64,000 nt of DNA from an uncultured delta proteobacterium (GCA_963794325.1 CAWCDG010000003.1:320001-384000), one strand, 5' to 3'; shown: positions 1 to 10,723, numbered from the stretch's first letter. Numbers and translations: made by a program. The notes: generated by a model from the sequence alone, not told the origin.

Positions 1-807
1 AACCAGGACGAACTCATAGCGCGATACGCCAACGCGCTCGCGACGAACCCGGCAATTGTCGGCTACTACGTTCAGGACGAGCCGACCGCTGACAAGGTCG
101 CGCGCACCTTCCATCAATACCAGGTGATCAAGGCTAACGACCCGGCCGGATTCAACCTGATCGCTCTGGATCGCCCGGCTGACGTCCAGTTTTGGAAGGA
201 CGCGGTTGACGTCGTGGGCGTCGATCCCTATCCGCTGTGGCTCCCCGTCGACAACTACATCGGTGAAGTGGGCGAGTGGACCCGGACGGCGGTGAATGCG
301 GTCCATGGTTCCAGACCAGTCTGGACGATCATCCAGTTTTTCCAGGCCGACGCGATGTCTTCATGGCCGACCGAACAGCAGTTGCACGATATGACCTGGA
401 TGGCGATCGCGGAGGGCGCGTCCGGAGTTTTCTATTGGTCGCATGGGATGCGCGCGCTCGGGTGGGTCAGGAATCCCGCGCAGCATGCACTGCTATGGGG
501 TTCCCTGATCCGCGTGACCAAAGAGATCAAAGATCTCGAGCCGGTGCTACTGCGGCCCGATACGCCAGTCCTCGCCTCCAGGCCCTCTGAGGACATCGTC
601 ACCCGCGAGAAAACCGGCGCAGACGGCAGTCGCTACGTGATCGCGTACAATCGAACCAATGCGGACGCGACAGCGCATTTCGTCCTAAAATCCCCAGCGC
701 AATCGGCAATAGTGCGCCGCTTCGCGGCAAAGCTCGAAATCAGGAACGGACTGATTTTCGACGACCAGTTCGCGCCCTACGAAGCGAAAATCTACGAAAT
801 CCGCTAG
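1..807 (+). CDS. Glycoside hydrolase-like TIM-barrel protein, 5'-truncated by the window edge
   Basis: Frame is open from base 1 (NQDELIARYANALATNPAIVGYYVQDEP...). GYYxxDEP, GVDPYP and GASGVFYW motifs are typical of clan-A-like hydrolases. Stop TAG at 805-807. Confidence 0.6.
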   Translation, partial: NQDELIARYANALATNPAIVGYYVQDEPTADKVARTFHQYQVIKANDPAGFNLIALDRPADVQFWKDAVDVVGVDPYPLWLPVDNYIGEVGEWTRTAVNAVHGSRPVWTIIQFFQADAMSSWPTEQQLHDMTWMAIAEGASGVFYWSHGMRALGWVRNPAQHALLWGSLIRVTKEIKDLEPVLLRPDTPVLASRPSEDIVTREKTGADGSRYVIAYNRTNADATAHFVLKSPAQSAIVRRFAAKLEIRNGLIFDDQFAPYEAKIYEIR

Positions 808-1011
808 CACCGGGGCTTCCTGTATAAAATTCACATTCGCAGCGGGATTGCCCTCTCGCGCGCAGGACGCCCTGCCTCAAATCGAGCCAAGGCATTTTGC
901 ATCGCTCTTTAGACATTTATGCTGTGCCCTATCGATATGAATCAGAATGTGTTACACAGAGCCACTTCCAAAAGAGACAAAGCGATCTTTGGCGATGTTT
1001 GAGGGGACATA

Positions 1012-3855
1012 ATGCATCGACGCAATTTTTACAGGGCGCGCGGTAACGCATTTCGCGGTTTTATCCTCGTGGCTTCAGTCGCTTTAGTGGCGATGCTAGC
1101 TCAGCGTTTGGGGGCCGCCGCCTCGCAAGACGGGCAGCGTCCCACTGCAACGCAGATGGAGTCTGCCCAAGCGAAATTCCACGTTGTCGATCTGTATGCG
1201 AAACAGCCTTTGAGTTTTGAACGCAACGACGGTCAGACCGACGCCCAGGTGAAATTCATCTCGCGCGGCGATCGCTATACGCTGTTCCTCACTTCGGCCG
1301 AGGCGGTCCTCGCGCTGCGCGCTCCTCACACGGAATCTGGCAAGGCGAACAAGGTCGAATCCGCGATACTGCGCATCAAGCTGGTCGATGCCAACCCCGG
1401 CGCTCGAATCGAGGCGATGGACCAGCTTGCGAGCAAGTCAAATTACTTTGTCGGCAAAGATCCCGGAAAGTGGCATACGAACATTCCCGGCTACGCGCGA
1501 GTGAAGTACCGCAACGTCTATTCGGGAATCGATCTCGTGTACTACGGCGCGAGCCAGCGCCAACTCGAGTATGACTTCGTGATCGCGCCGGGCGCGAACC
1601 CAAATGCGATCGGGCTGCGCTTCGACGGCGCAAGGCAGATGACCCTCAACCACGATGGCGATCTGATTCTGCGGCTCGCCGATGGCGGCGAGGTCATCCA
1701 CCACGCGCCTGTTATCTACCAGGAGCGCGACGGCGTACGCGAAAAAGTAGATGGCAAATTGGTGCTCAAGGGTCAGGATTCGATCGGCTTCCAATTGGCG
1801 GCGTATGACCACGCGCGGCCAGTGTTCATCGATCCAGGACTGAGTTACTCGACCTATCTCGGTGGCACTGGTGGTGACAGCGGCCAGGCTATCGCCGTCG
1901 ATTCGATGGGCTTCGCCTACGTGACGGGGATAACCGAGTCGGCCCCCTTTCCTACTACTATAGGCGCGTACAAGACCACCCCTCCCGGCGGCGGAAACAT
2001 GTTCGTGACCAAGCTGGAAGCTGACGGGTCCGGACCGGTTTACTCGACCTATTTGGGTGGTGATATTCACGACAATTTCGAGGGCGGGTATGGCATCGCC
2101 GTCGATTCCACCGGCAATGCGTACATCACGGGCGACGCCGGGAACAACGGCGATTTCCCCACGACTCTCGGCGCGTTCCAGACCGGCCCGTCCGGCGGCT
2201 ATTCTGACGGGTTCGTCACGAAGCTGAGCCCCGACGGCTCGACGTTGGTCTATTCGACCTATCTCGGCGGCACCTATCATCCAGCCGCAGGTACAACGAA
2301 CGGATATGCCATCGCGATCGATTCCATGGGATTCGCCTACGTCACTGGAAAAACCACGTCGGGCAGCTTTCCCACAACCATGGGAGCGTACCAGACCGCT
2401 AACAACTGCATCAGTTGCACCAACGCCTTCGTAACGAAAATGAAGACCGACGGCACGGGACTGGTTTACTCGACGTACCTCGGTGGCAGTGGCAGTCCTT
2501 ACGGCGGCGACAGCGCCACCGGCATCGCCGTCGATTCCTCGGGGAATGCCTATGTAGGGGGGACCGCCAACTCGTCTGATTTTCCCAAGACTACTGGAGC
2601 GTACCGCACTACCAATTCCGGCTTTTCAGATGCGTTCGTGACGAAACTGAAGCCCGATGGCACCGGCTTGGTGTACTCCACTTACTTGGGCGGCAGTCAA
2701 CCTGATATCGGTGAAGGCATCGCCATCGATTCCGCCGGCAGCGCCTATGTGACGGGTTACACCGGATCGAACGACTTTCCTCACACCAGTGGAGCGTTTC
2801 AAACCGCAATGCGCACCATCTACGGGAACGCGTTCGTGACGAAGTTGACGCCTGACGGCTCGGGACTGGCTTACTCGACCTACCTCGGCGGCTACGGCGA
2901 TACGGCTGATAGCGTCATCAACAGCTACGGCGCCGAGCATGCGTTCGGCATCGCGGTCGATTCCTTCGGCCATGCCTATGTGACGGGAGAAACCTGGTCG
3001 AGCAACTATTTTTGCGCCGGCGCGAACAACCCGATCTCATGTTGTAGCGGCGGCGGAACTGGCACGTGCAACTTTCCCATCACCGGCGATGCGTTCCAGT
3101 CGACCAACAATGCCAGCAATATCGACAATCCAGGACCTAACGCCTTCGTGACGAAAATGAATCTCGACGGCTCGGGCCTGGTTTACTCGACCTACCTTGG
3201 CGGTAGCGCCGCGTACAACGGCGACCGTGGATTTGCCATCGCCGTCGATTCTGTCGGCGACGCCTACGTGACGGGCTCATCGTATTCGACCGACTTCCCC
3301 TTCACCCTGGGGGCATTCCAGACCATGAACAATGGCGGCGGCGGCGACGCCTTCGTTACCAAGCTCATCGTGCCTGCCGGCGCGACTTCGACGCCGACAG
3401 CTACTGCCACCGCAACCAGCTCCGCGACTCCGACCGCGACCGCCAGCGCAACCGCAACCGCTACCGCCACCGCGACGTCGACCTCGACCAGCGCGACGGC
3501 TACCGCAACTCCAACCGCTACCCCGACGCCGGGCGGCGGACGAATCTCGGTGATGCCGAAGCATCTGAACTTGAGCGCGTTACCGTCCGCGACGGCCTCG
3601 GCGAGCATCACGATCCGCAACACCGGTACCGGGCCGCTGATCGTCAACGTTACGGCGCCGAAGCACAATCCGCCGCTCAAGGAGCTCAACGGCGGAAGCC
3701 ACATCGTTATCCCGGCAGGCGGACCAGCCCTTGAGGTGATGATCGTCTACTCGCCGACCAGGAAAGGATCGACCAAGGATTCGATCTCGATAACCAGCGA
3801 CGATCGCACCCACAAGAAAGCGATCAAGATGAAGATCGTCGGCAAGTCGAAATAG
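1012..3855 (+). CDS. Secreted SBBP (beta-propeller) repeat protein with T/A-rich linker and C-terminal Ig-like domain
   Basis: N-terminal hydrophobic signal; PLSFERNDGQ...YDFVIAPGA N-domain; about 7 repeats of YSTYLGG...IAVDSxGxAYVTG...AFVTKL; (TA)n linker; SITIRNTGTG Ig-like tail. Confidence 0.85.
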   Translation: MHRRNFYRARGNAFRGFILVASVALVAMLAQRLGAAASQDGQRPTATQMESAQAKFHVVDLYAKQPLSFERNDGQTDAQVKFISRGDRYTLFLTSAEAVLALRAPHTESGKANKVESAILRIKLVDANPGARIEAMDQLASKSNYFVGKDPGKWHTNIPGYARVKYRNVYSGIDLVYYGASQRQLEYDFVIAPGANPNAIGLRFDGARQMTLNHDGDLILRLADGGEVIHHAPVIYQERDGVREKVDGKLVLKGQDSIGFQLAAYDHARPVFIDPGLSYSTYLGGTGGDSGQAIAVDSMGFAYVTGITESAPFPTTIGAYKTTPPGGGNMFVTKLEADGSGPVYSTYLGGDIHDNFEGGYGIAVDSTGNAYITGDAGNNGDFPTTLGAFQTGPSGGYSDGFVTKLSPDGSTLVYSTYLGGTYHPAAGTTNGYAIAIDSMGFAYVTGKTTSGSFPTTMGAYQTANNCISCTNAFVTKMKTDGTGLVYSTYLGGSGSPYGGDSATGIAVDSSGNAYVGGTANSSDFPKTTGAYRTTNSGFSDAFVTKLKPDGTGLVYSTYLGGSQPDIGEGIAIDSAGSAYVTGYTGSNDFPHTSGAFQTAMRTIYGNAFVTKLTPDGSGLAYSTYLGGYGDTADSVINSYGAEHAFGIAVDSFGHAYVTGETWSSNYFCAGANNPISCCSGGGTGTCNFPITGDAFQSTNNASNIDNPGPNAFVTKMNLDGSGLVYSTYLGGSAAYNGDRGFAIAVDSVGDAYVTGSSYSTDFPFTLGAFQTMNNGGGGDAFVTKLIVPAGATSTPTATATATSSATPTATASATATATATATSTSTSATATATPTATPTPGGGRISVMPKHLNLSALPSATASASITIRNTGTGPLIVNVTAPKHNPPLKELNGGSHIVIPAGGPALEVMIVYSPTRKGSTKDSISITSDDRTHKKAIKMKIVGKSK

Positions 3856-3892
3856 GCTGAACTATCGTCGCTAACCACGCACGCAACAAAGC

Positions 3893-3912
3893 GGCGAGCC
3901 ATAAGGCTCGCC
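3893..3912. terminator. GC-rich hairpin downstream of the SBBP gene, possible terminator
   Basis: GGCGAGCC-ATAA-GGCTCGCC perfect 8-bp stem about 40 nt after the stop; no clear U-tract on +. Confidence 0.35.
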
Positions 3913-4012
3913 GGTGGGTCTTCGCAGTGCTTGAGGTTAACGCGACCGGACGGTTTTGTCATCGCGATCTGCGGCCTTGCATCTAAACTTGGACCGATGA
4001 AACAATTCAAAG

Positions 4013-4381
4013 GTGCCGCTCAGCAATCCCGCAGACGATCCGTTCACCAAACTCGCGCAGAATCTCGGCGAGCTCGAGATTGTGATCGGCGAGCGCGCCC
4101 GGCCCGCGATTGCCGGGGTGCGCGACCGTCTGCGCGAAGCGCTCGCGTGTCGTGAGCGGGGCGACATGGCTGGGTCGATCGCCGCGATTCGCCTGGCGAT
4201 GGGCCAGTTGGCCGCGCTCGGTGCCGCGCTCGATCCGGCGGAAGGCGCCGTGATGCGGACAATCGCGGAGCGATTCACCGAAGCGCTTGGCGCCGGCCAC
4301 AAAGGTGAGGCGAAATCCAGCGTGGACGTGATGCGTCGAAAAGCCGGCGACACCAAGGACGACGACAAGAAGGACTGGTAA
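4013..4381 (+). CDS. Hypothetical alpha-helical protein
   Basis: 122-aa ORF with genome-like codon usage, co-oriented with its neighbours. Confidence 0.6.
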   Translation: MPLSNPADDPFTKLAQNLGELEIVIGERARPAIAGVRDRLREALACRERGDMAGSIAAIRLAMGQLAALGAALDPAEGAVMRTIAERFTEALGAGHKGEAKSSVDVMRRKAGDTKDDDKKDW

Positions 4382-4481
4382 CTCACGCCCGTTTGCGGCT
4401 GGTCTCGCAGGTAGGCGAGAATCCATTCACTGAAAAAACTGGCGGATTCGACGGCCGCCCTTAACTAATCGTGGTGAAATC

Positions 4482-6521
4482 TTGGCGACTGCAGCACAAA
4501 TCAAAGTGAAAAAAGGGAACCAGTCCGACCTGGACCAAACCTGCATCAACGCGATTCGCGTGCTGACTATCGACGCGGTCCAGAAGGCCAACAGCGGCCA
4601 CTGCGGACTGCCGATGGGCATGGCGCCCGCCGCCTACCTGCTCTACACGCGCTTCATGCGCCACAACCCGAAAAATCCGAAATGGTTCGGCCGCGACCGC
4701 TTCGTGCTGTCGGCCGGCCACGGCTCGATGCTGCTCTACAGCATTCTCTATCTCGCCGGCTACGACATCTCGCTCGACGACATCAAGCAGTTCCGCCAGC
4801 TCGGCAGCCGAACCCCCGGCCATCCCGAGCATTGGTGCGTCCCCGGCGTCGAGACTACCACCGGCCCGCTCGGCCAGGGCGTCGGCAACGCGGTGGGCAT
4901 GGCCTTGGCGGCGAAGCATCTCGAGGCGCGTTTCGAGCGCGACAACTCGGGCCTGTTCGACCATCGCATCTTCGGCATCTGCAGCGACGGCGATCTGATG
5001 GAAGGAGTCGCCAGTGAGGCGGCGTCGATCGCGGGGCATCTCGGGCTCGGCAATATCATTTTTCTGTACGACGACAACCACGTGACTATCGACGGGCACA
5101 CGGAGCTCAGCTTCGACGAGGATGTGGTCAAACGCTTCGACGCTTACAAGTGGCATACGCAGGACGTGGCGGACGCGAACGACCTCGGCGCATTGTCGAA
5201 GGCGATTGAAAATGGAATCGCGGAGACCGGCCGGCCGTCATTGATTCGGGTCCACTCGATCATCGGCTACGGCAGCCCGCACAAGCAGGGCACCTCAGCC
5301 GCGCATAGCAATCCGCTCGGCGTCGAAGAGGTCAAGCTGACCAAGGAATTCTACAAGTATCCAACCGAACCGCCATTTTTTGTTCCCGACGACGCGCTCG
5401 CGCACTTTCGCGAATGCGTCGAGCGCGGCGCGGAACAAGAGCAGGATTGGAGCGCGAAGTTCGGGACCTACGCCAAAAAGAATTCCTCCCTGGCCGGCGA
5501 GTTTCAGTCAACGCTCGCGAAAGAGCTGCCCGCGGGATGGGACGCTGAACTGCCGGTCTTCACGCCCAAGGACAGCCTCGCGACTCGAGTATCAGCCTCG
5601 CAGGCCGAGGCCTCCATCGCGAAAAAAGTCTGGAACCTGTTCGGCGGCTCCGCCGATTTGAACGAATCCACTTTCACCGACATCAAGGACGGCGGCGATT
5701 TCGAGCGCGGCCACTTCGACGGGCGCAATCCGCATTTCGGCATCCGCGAGCACGGCATGTGCTCCATCCTCAACGGCATCGCGCTGCACGGCGGGTTCAT
5801 CCCGTATGGTTCGAGCTTCTTGTGCTTCACCGACTACGCGCGTCCGTCGATTCGGCTCGCGGCGCTGATGGAAATCCAGGTGGTATTTGTGTTCACCCAT
5901 GATTCGATCGGCGTCGGCGAGGACGGCCCGACCCACGAGCCGATCGAACAGCTGTCGTCGTTGCGCGCGATTCCGCATCTCACCGTGATTCGTCCAGGCG
6001 ATGCGAACGAGGCGGTCGAGGCGTGGCGCACCACCATGACGCATACCGAAGGCCCGGTGCTGCTCGCGCTCTCGCGCCAGAAAGTGCCGACGCTCGATCG
6101 CACCAAGCTGGCGCCCGCCAGCGGCGCACGGCGCGGTGGATACGTCATTACCGAGACGCAAGGACGTCCCGCGGAAATAATTTTGATAGGCGCGGGATCG
6201 GAGCTGTCGCTGGTCGTCGATGCGAAAGCAAAACTCGAAGATAAGGGCAAAGCGGTCCGCGTCGTGAGCATGCCCAGCGAAAATATTTTTGAAAAGCAGG
6301 ATCAGGCTTATCGCGACTCCGTGCTGCCGCCGAATATTCGCCGCCGACTGGCCGTGGAAGCGGGCGCGCCGATGTCGTGGTACCGATGGGTCGGGCTCGA
6401 CGGCGATATTCTCGGGATGACGACTTACGGCGCGTCGGGCAAATCCGAAGACGTGATGAAGCATTTCGGTTTCACTGTGGACAACGTCGTCGAGCGCGCA
6501 CTGAAATTGCTCGCGCGCTAA
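4482..6521 (+). CDS. tkt: Transketolase
   Basis: DRFVLSAGHGSMLLYS, TTGPLGQG, SDGDLMEG (TPP motif), THDSIGVGEDGPTHEP. Confidence 0.97.
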   Translation: MATAAQIKVKKGNQSDLDQTCINAIRVLTIDAVQKANSGHCGLPMGMAPAAYLLYTRFMRHNPKNPKWFGRDRFVLSAGHGSMLLYSILYLAGYDISLDDIKQFRQLGSRTPGHPEHWCVPGVETTTGPLGQGVGNAVGMALAAKHLEARFERDNSGLFDHRIFGICSDGDLMEGVASEAASIAGHLGLGNIIFLYDDNHVTIDGHTELSFDEDVVKRFDAYKWHTQDVADANDLGALSKAIENGIAETGRPSLIRVHSIIGYGSPHKQGTSAAHSNPLGVEEVKLTKEFYKYPTEPPFFVPDDALAHFRECVERGAEQEQDWSAKFGTYAKKNSSLAGEFQSTLAKELPAGWDAELPVFTPKDSLATRVSASQAEASIAKKVWNLFGGSADLNESTFTDIKDGGDFERGHFDGRNPHFGIREHGMCSILNGIALHGGFIPYGSSFLCFTDYARPSIRLAALMEIQVVFVFTHDSIGVGEDGPTHEPIEQLSSLRAIPHLTVIRPGDANEAVEAWRTTMTHTEGPVLLALSRQKVPTLDRTKLAPASGARRGGYVITETQGRPAEIILIGAGSELSLVVDAKAKLEDKGKAVRVVSMPSENIFEKQDQAYRDSVLPPNIRRRLAVEAGAPMSWYRWVGLDGDILGMTTYGASGKSEDVMKHFGFTVDNVVERALKLLAR

Positions 6522-6559
6522 AGCGCTCGACCGAATTATCAACCAGGAGCGAGCGAACA

Positions 6560-9412
6560 ATGGCCGCCGAAAATCCACTAAAGCAGTTGGAGCGGTTTGG
6601 ACAGGCCGTATGGCTCGATTACATACGCCGTCATCTGCTCACGTCCCCCGAGTTTCGCCGCATGCTCGACGAGGACGGCCTCAAGGGCATGACCTCCAAT
6701 CCGACGATCTTCGAAAAGGCGATCGCCGGGTCCACCGACTACGACGATCAGCTCAAGCAACTCGCGCCCACCAAAAAAAGCGTCGACGAAATTTACGATG
6801 CGCTGTCGATGCAGGATATAAAGATGGCCGCCGACGCGTTCCGCCCGCTCTACGACAAGAGCGGCGGCATCCACGGCTACATCAGCTATGAAGTCTCGCC
6901 GACCCTGGCCAACGACACCGACGGAACCATCGCGGCGGCGCGGCGCTACTGGTCTGCGCTCGAGCGGCCCAATGTGCTGATCAAGGTCCCGTCGACGCCC
7001 GCGGGTCTGCCTGCGATCGAGCAGCTGATTTCCGAAGGGATCAACGTCAACGTGACGCTGATGTTTTCGATGAAGCATTACGACAGCGTCGCCGAGGCGT
7101 TTGTCCGCGGCCTCGAACGCCGGCTCAAGGCGAACAAGTCGATCGACAAGGTATGGTCGGTCGCCAGTGTCTTCGTCAGCCGCGTCGAGACTCTCGTCGA
7201 TCGCAAACTCGAGGACAAACTGAAGGCATCGCCGAACGAGGCGGTCGCTGCGCTGATCGGCACGTCGGCCGTCGCGAACTCGCGGCTCATCTACCAGCGC
7301 TACAAGGAAATTTTCCAAGGCAGTCGGTTCAAGGACGTGCTCGCGAAAGGCGGGCGTCCGCAATGGCCGCTATGGGCCAGCACTGGCACCAAGAATCACG
7401 CCTACAGCGACGTCAAGTACGTCGAGGAACTTGTCGGCCCCGACACCGTTGACACGATGCCGCCGGCGACGATGGATGCGTTCCGCGATCACGGCAAGCC
7501 GCGCGCGTCGCTCGAAGAGGGCCTCGATGAGGCTCGCGAGACCGTAAAGCGGCTGGCGGCCGTCGGGATCGATCTGATCGAGGTCGGCGAGGAATTGCAG
7601 AAAGAGGGCGTCGAGTCGTTTGCGCAGTCGTTCCAGGATTTGAGCGCGGTAATCAAAGGTCGGCGCGCGGCAATCGTCGATGGCGCGCAGGACAAGCAGA
7701 CAATCACTGCGACCGGGTACGAATCGCAGGTCAGCAGTGCATACAAGGATCTCGACAAGAGCGAATTTCCCGCGCGGCTGTGGAAGAAGGACGCCGCGCT
7801 CTGGTCGAAAGACACTGCGGCACAGCAGGCAATCAAGAAGGGGCTTGGCTTTCTGAACGTTCCCGATATTACGGCCGAGCGGGTGAAAGATCTCACGTCA
7901 TTTGTCGATGAGGTTCGAAATGCCGGCTTCCGCGATGTCGTGCTGCTCGGGATGGGCGGTTCGTCGCAGAGCGCGGAGCTGTTCGCGACGACATTTTCGA
8001 GCGCGCCGGGTTATCCGAAGCTTCACGTGCTCGATACGACAGTCCCCGAAACGATCCGCGCGCTCGATCGCAACATCGACATCACCAAGACTTTTTTCGT
8101 CGTCGCGAGCAAAACCGGTGAGACTATCGAAACCTTGTCTCACTTCAGCGCGTTCTTCGATCGCGTCAAGGCGAAGTCGAAGAATCCGGCGGGATCGCAT
8201 TTCGCCGCGATTACTGATCCGGGCACCAGGCTCGCCTCCATCGCGAAGGAAAATAAATTCCGCCGCGTGTTCCTGAATCCTCCCGACATCGTGGGCTGCT
8301 ATTCGGTCCTGTCTTATTTCGGGCTGGCGCCCGCCGCGCTGATTGGGGTGGACGTGGCCACTATCATCGATCGAGCGGTTCGGATGACGCATAGCTCCGC
8401 GGGATGCGTGCGGGTCGAGGAAAATCTCGGCGTGAGTTTGGGAGCGGCTCTGGGAGCGCTCAAGAAAGCGGGGCGCGACAAGGTCACGTTTATAATTTCG
8501 CCGCCGATCAGTGCGTTCGGACTGTGGGTCGAGCAGTTGATCGCTGAGAGCACCGGCAAGAACGGCATCGCGATCGTGCCGGTTTGCGACGAGCCTTCGG
8601 TCGCCCCGAAGTCCTACGGCAAGGACCGCGTGTTCGTTTACCTGAAGCTCGACAAGGGCGCAGATGCCGCGCAGGACGCGGCGTTCGAATCGATCAAGAA
8701 GGCCAACATCCCGACGGTGCAAATCACATTGCCGGAAAAAATCGACCTCGGCGAAGAATTCATGCGCTGGGAGATCGCCTCGGCGACTGCCGCTTCCGTA
8801 ATCGGCGTCGATCCGTTCGCTCAGCCAGGAGTTCAGGAGAGTAAGGACAACACCGCCCGAATCCTCGCCGAGTTCGCGCGCAGCAAGAAATTTCCCGGAC
8901 AGATGCCGATTGCCGAGAATGGCAAGCTCGCGCTTTTTTCAGGAGGTGCTGCGGGCGATGCGATGAAGGGCGCGCGCGATTTTCGCGCGATGCTCGGCGC
9001 GTTCTTCAATCTCGCAAAGCCCGGCGATTACTTCGCCACGATGGCGTACGTGTCGTCCAATCCGACCGTGGACAAAACGATCGCGGCGATTCGCAAAGCG
9101 GTCGTCGGGCGCTACGGTATCGCGACCACCTTCGGCTACGGCCCGCGCTGCCTGCATTCGACTGGACAGTTGCATAAGGGCGGTCCGAACACCGGTCTGT
9201 TCCTGCAGCTCACGCAGGACCATCGCGATACGGTTGCTATCCCCGGTGCGCCGTACGATTTCGCTCAACTCAACCAGGCGCAGTATCTTGGAGATTTCCA
9301 GTCACTCGAGGCGCATGGACGCCGCGTGATTCGCGTCCATCTGGCGGGCGGCGATCCGATCGAGGCGATCGAAGCTCTTGGCAAGGAGATTGTTGCAGCG
9401 ATCGCCAGGTAA
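6560..9412 (+). CDS. tal: Bifunctional transaldolase / glucose-6-phosphate isomerase fusion
   Basis: ATG at 6560 after AGGAG. TAL motifs GMTSNPTIF, LIKVP, NVNVTLMFS, WASTGTK. PGI motifs GMGGSS, EQLIAESTGK, LHSTGQLHKGGP. Confidence 0.93.
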   Translation: MAAENPLKQLERFGQAVWLDYIRRHLLTSPEFRRMLDEDGLKGMTSNPTIFEKAIAGSTDYDDQLKQLAPTKKSVDEIYDALSMQDIKMAADAFRPLYDKSGGIHGYISYEVSPTLANDTDGTIAAARRYWSALERPNVLIKVPSTPAGLPAIEQLISEGINVNVTLMFSMKHYDSVAEAFVRGLERRLKANKSIDKVWSVASVFVSRVETLVDRKLEDKLKASPNEAVAALIGTSAVANSRLIYQRYKEIFQGSRFKDVLAKGGRPQWPLWASTGTKNHAYSDVKYVEELVGPDTVDTMPPATMDAFRDHGKPRASLEEGLDEARETVKRLAAVGIDLIEVGEELQKEGVESFAQSFQDLSAVIKGRRAAIVDGAQDKQTITATGYESQVSSAYKDLDKSEFPARLWKKDAALWSKDTAAQQAIKKGLGFLNVPDITAERVKDLTSFVDEVRNAGFRDVVLLGMGGSSQSAELFATTFSSAPGYPKLHVLDTTVPETIRALDRNIDITKTFFVVASKTGETIETLSHFSAFFDRVKAKSKNPAGSHFAAITDPGTRLASIAKENKFRRVFLNPPDIVGCYSVLSYFGLAPAALIGVDVATIIDRAVRMTHSSAGCVRVEENLGVSLGAALGALKKAGRDKVTFIISPPISAFGLWVEQLIAESTGKNGIAIVPVCDEPSVAPKSYGKDRVFVYLKLDKGADAAQDAAFESIKKANIPTVQITLPEKIDLGEEFMRWEIASATAASVIGVDPFAQPGVQESKDNTARILAEFARSKKFPGQMPIAENGKLALFSGGAAGDAMKGARDFRAMLGAFFNLAKPGDYFATMAYVSSNPTVDKTIAAIRKAVVGRYGIATTFGYGPRCLHSTGQLHKGGPNTGLFLQLTQDHRDTVAIPGAPYDFAQLNQAQYLGDFQSLEAHGRRVIRVHLAGGDPIEAIEALGKEIVAAIAR

Positions 9413-9415
9413 CCT

Positions 9416-10159
9416 ATGTCTGAACCGAAACTGATCATCCTGAACGACGCGCAGGAACTCTACGTGCGCGCTGCTGAAGAAACCGCGCATATCGCCGGCG
9501 AATCGGTCTGCACTCACGGCGAGTTCACGCTATGTCTCTCCGGCGGCTCGACGCCCGCCGCCACTTACGACTTGCTCGCGACGCGATTCCATCTGAGCGT
9601 CGATTGGAAGGAACTGCAATTTTATTGGGGCGACGAACGATGCGTCCCGCCCGATCATCCCGAGAGCAACTACGCGATGGCGAATCGCACGATGCTGAGC
9701 AAGCTCGCGCTCCGACCCGACCAGGTGCATCGGATGCGCGGCGAGGACCCGCCCGCGAAAGCCGCGGCTGCTTACGAAGATGAATTGCGCAAACAGTTCG
9801 GACTTGGCGACGGCGAATTTCCGCGCTTCGATCTCATCATGCTCGGGCTTGGCGACAATCGTCATACTGCGTCGCTGTTTCCGGGCGATTCTGCGATTCA
9901 CGAAACTCAGCGCATGGTAGTTGGCGTCGAAGTTGACGCGGAACCGCCCAAACGCCTGACCATCACACCGCCGGTGATTAACAACGCGCTGCGCGTGATG
10001 TTCCTGGTGGCGGGGCAGGGCAAAGCCGCCGCGGTGAAGGATGTACTCGAGGGAGTGCGCGACCCCGACAAATTTCCTGCGCAAATCGTCGCGCCCAATA
10101 GCGGCGAGGTCATCTGGCTCCTCGACAAGGCCGCCGCCAGTCTGCTTTCGCCGCGCTGA
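9416..10159 (+). CDS. pgl: 6-phosphogluconolactonase
   Basis: LSGGSTP, WGDERCVPPDHPESNY, LGLGDNRHTASLFP; follows tkt and tal-pgi. Confidence 0.93.
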   Translation: MSEPKLIILNDAQELYVRAAEETAHIAGESVCTHGEFTLCLSGGSTPAATYDLLATRFHLSVDWKELQFYWGDERCVPPDHPESNYAMANRTMLSKLALRPDQVHRMRGEDPPAKAAAAYEDELRKQFGLGDGEFPRFDLIMLGLGDNRHTASLFPGDSAIHETQRMVVGVEVDAEPPKRLTITPPVINNALRVMFLVAGQGKAAAVKDVLEGVRDPDKFPAQIVAPNSGEVIWLLDKAAASLLSPR

Positions 10160-10177
10160 TCAGACAGAATAATCGCG

Positions 10178-10723
10178 ATGCGATTCATCTTCCGGAACTT
10201 CACTGCGATTCTCATCCTTGCCGCCGTCACTGGATGGGCATTCTTCTATCTGCCGGATACTCCGACGTGGGCCGTGCTCCGGCTGAAGCAGGATATCGAC
10301 GCGCGCGACGGCGACGAGGCGGCCAAGTACGTCGATTTCGAGAGCGTGGTGACGAAGGCGGGGCAGGATATGGTGAAGAAGCAGGGCGCCAACGATCCGT
10401 TGAGCGCGATGCTCGGGAACGCCGCGGTTGAGTTGCTCAGCAAGCCGATGGCGCAGGTCGCGAAATCGTGGGCGATCCAAAAGGTTGATAACGGCGCGCG
10501 CGAGGTGCAGATGCCCGGCGCCGCGGTGGCCGCCTCGCTCGTGCTGCTGCATCGAAACGGCGACACCGCGGCCACCGACTTCACCGACAACAAGGGCCGG
10601 CGCTGGAGAATACACCTGGCGCGCGGCGACGACGGCTATTGGCGTGTCACCGAAGTCGAGGACGTCGGGCAACTGCTGCAACAGCTACAGCACAACAATC
10701 CAATGGGCATGCCCTCGCCCTAG
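10178..10723 (+). CDS. Membrane-anchored hypothetical protein (DUF2939-like)
   Basis: N-terminal TM followed by TPTWAVLRLKQDIDARDGDEAAKYVDF. Confidence 0.6.
   Translation: MRFIFRNFTAILILAAVTGWAFFYLPDTPTWAVLRLKQDIDARDGDEAAKYVDFESVVTKAGQDMVKKQGANDPLSAMLGNAAVELLSKPMAQVAKSWAIQKVDNGAREVQMPGAAVAASLVLLHRNGDTAATDFTDNKGRRWRIHLARGDDGYWRVTEVEDVGQLLQQLQHNNPMGMPSP

Noticed and set aside
3380-3530. Tandem ACCGC-like repeats in the SBBP gene
   Set aside because: They encode an ordinary Thr/Ala/Pro linker with synonymous variation.
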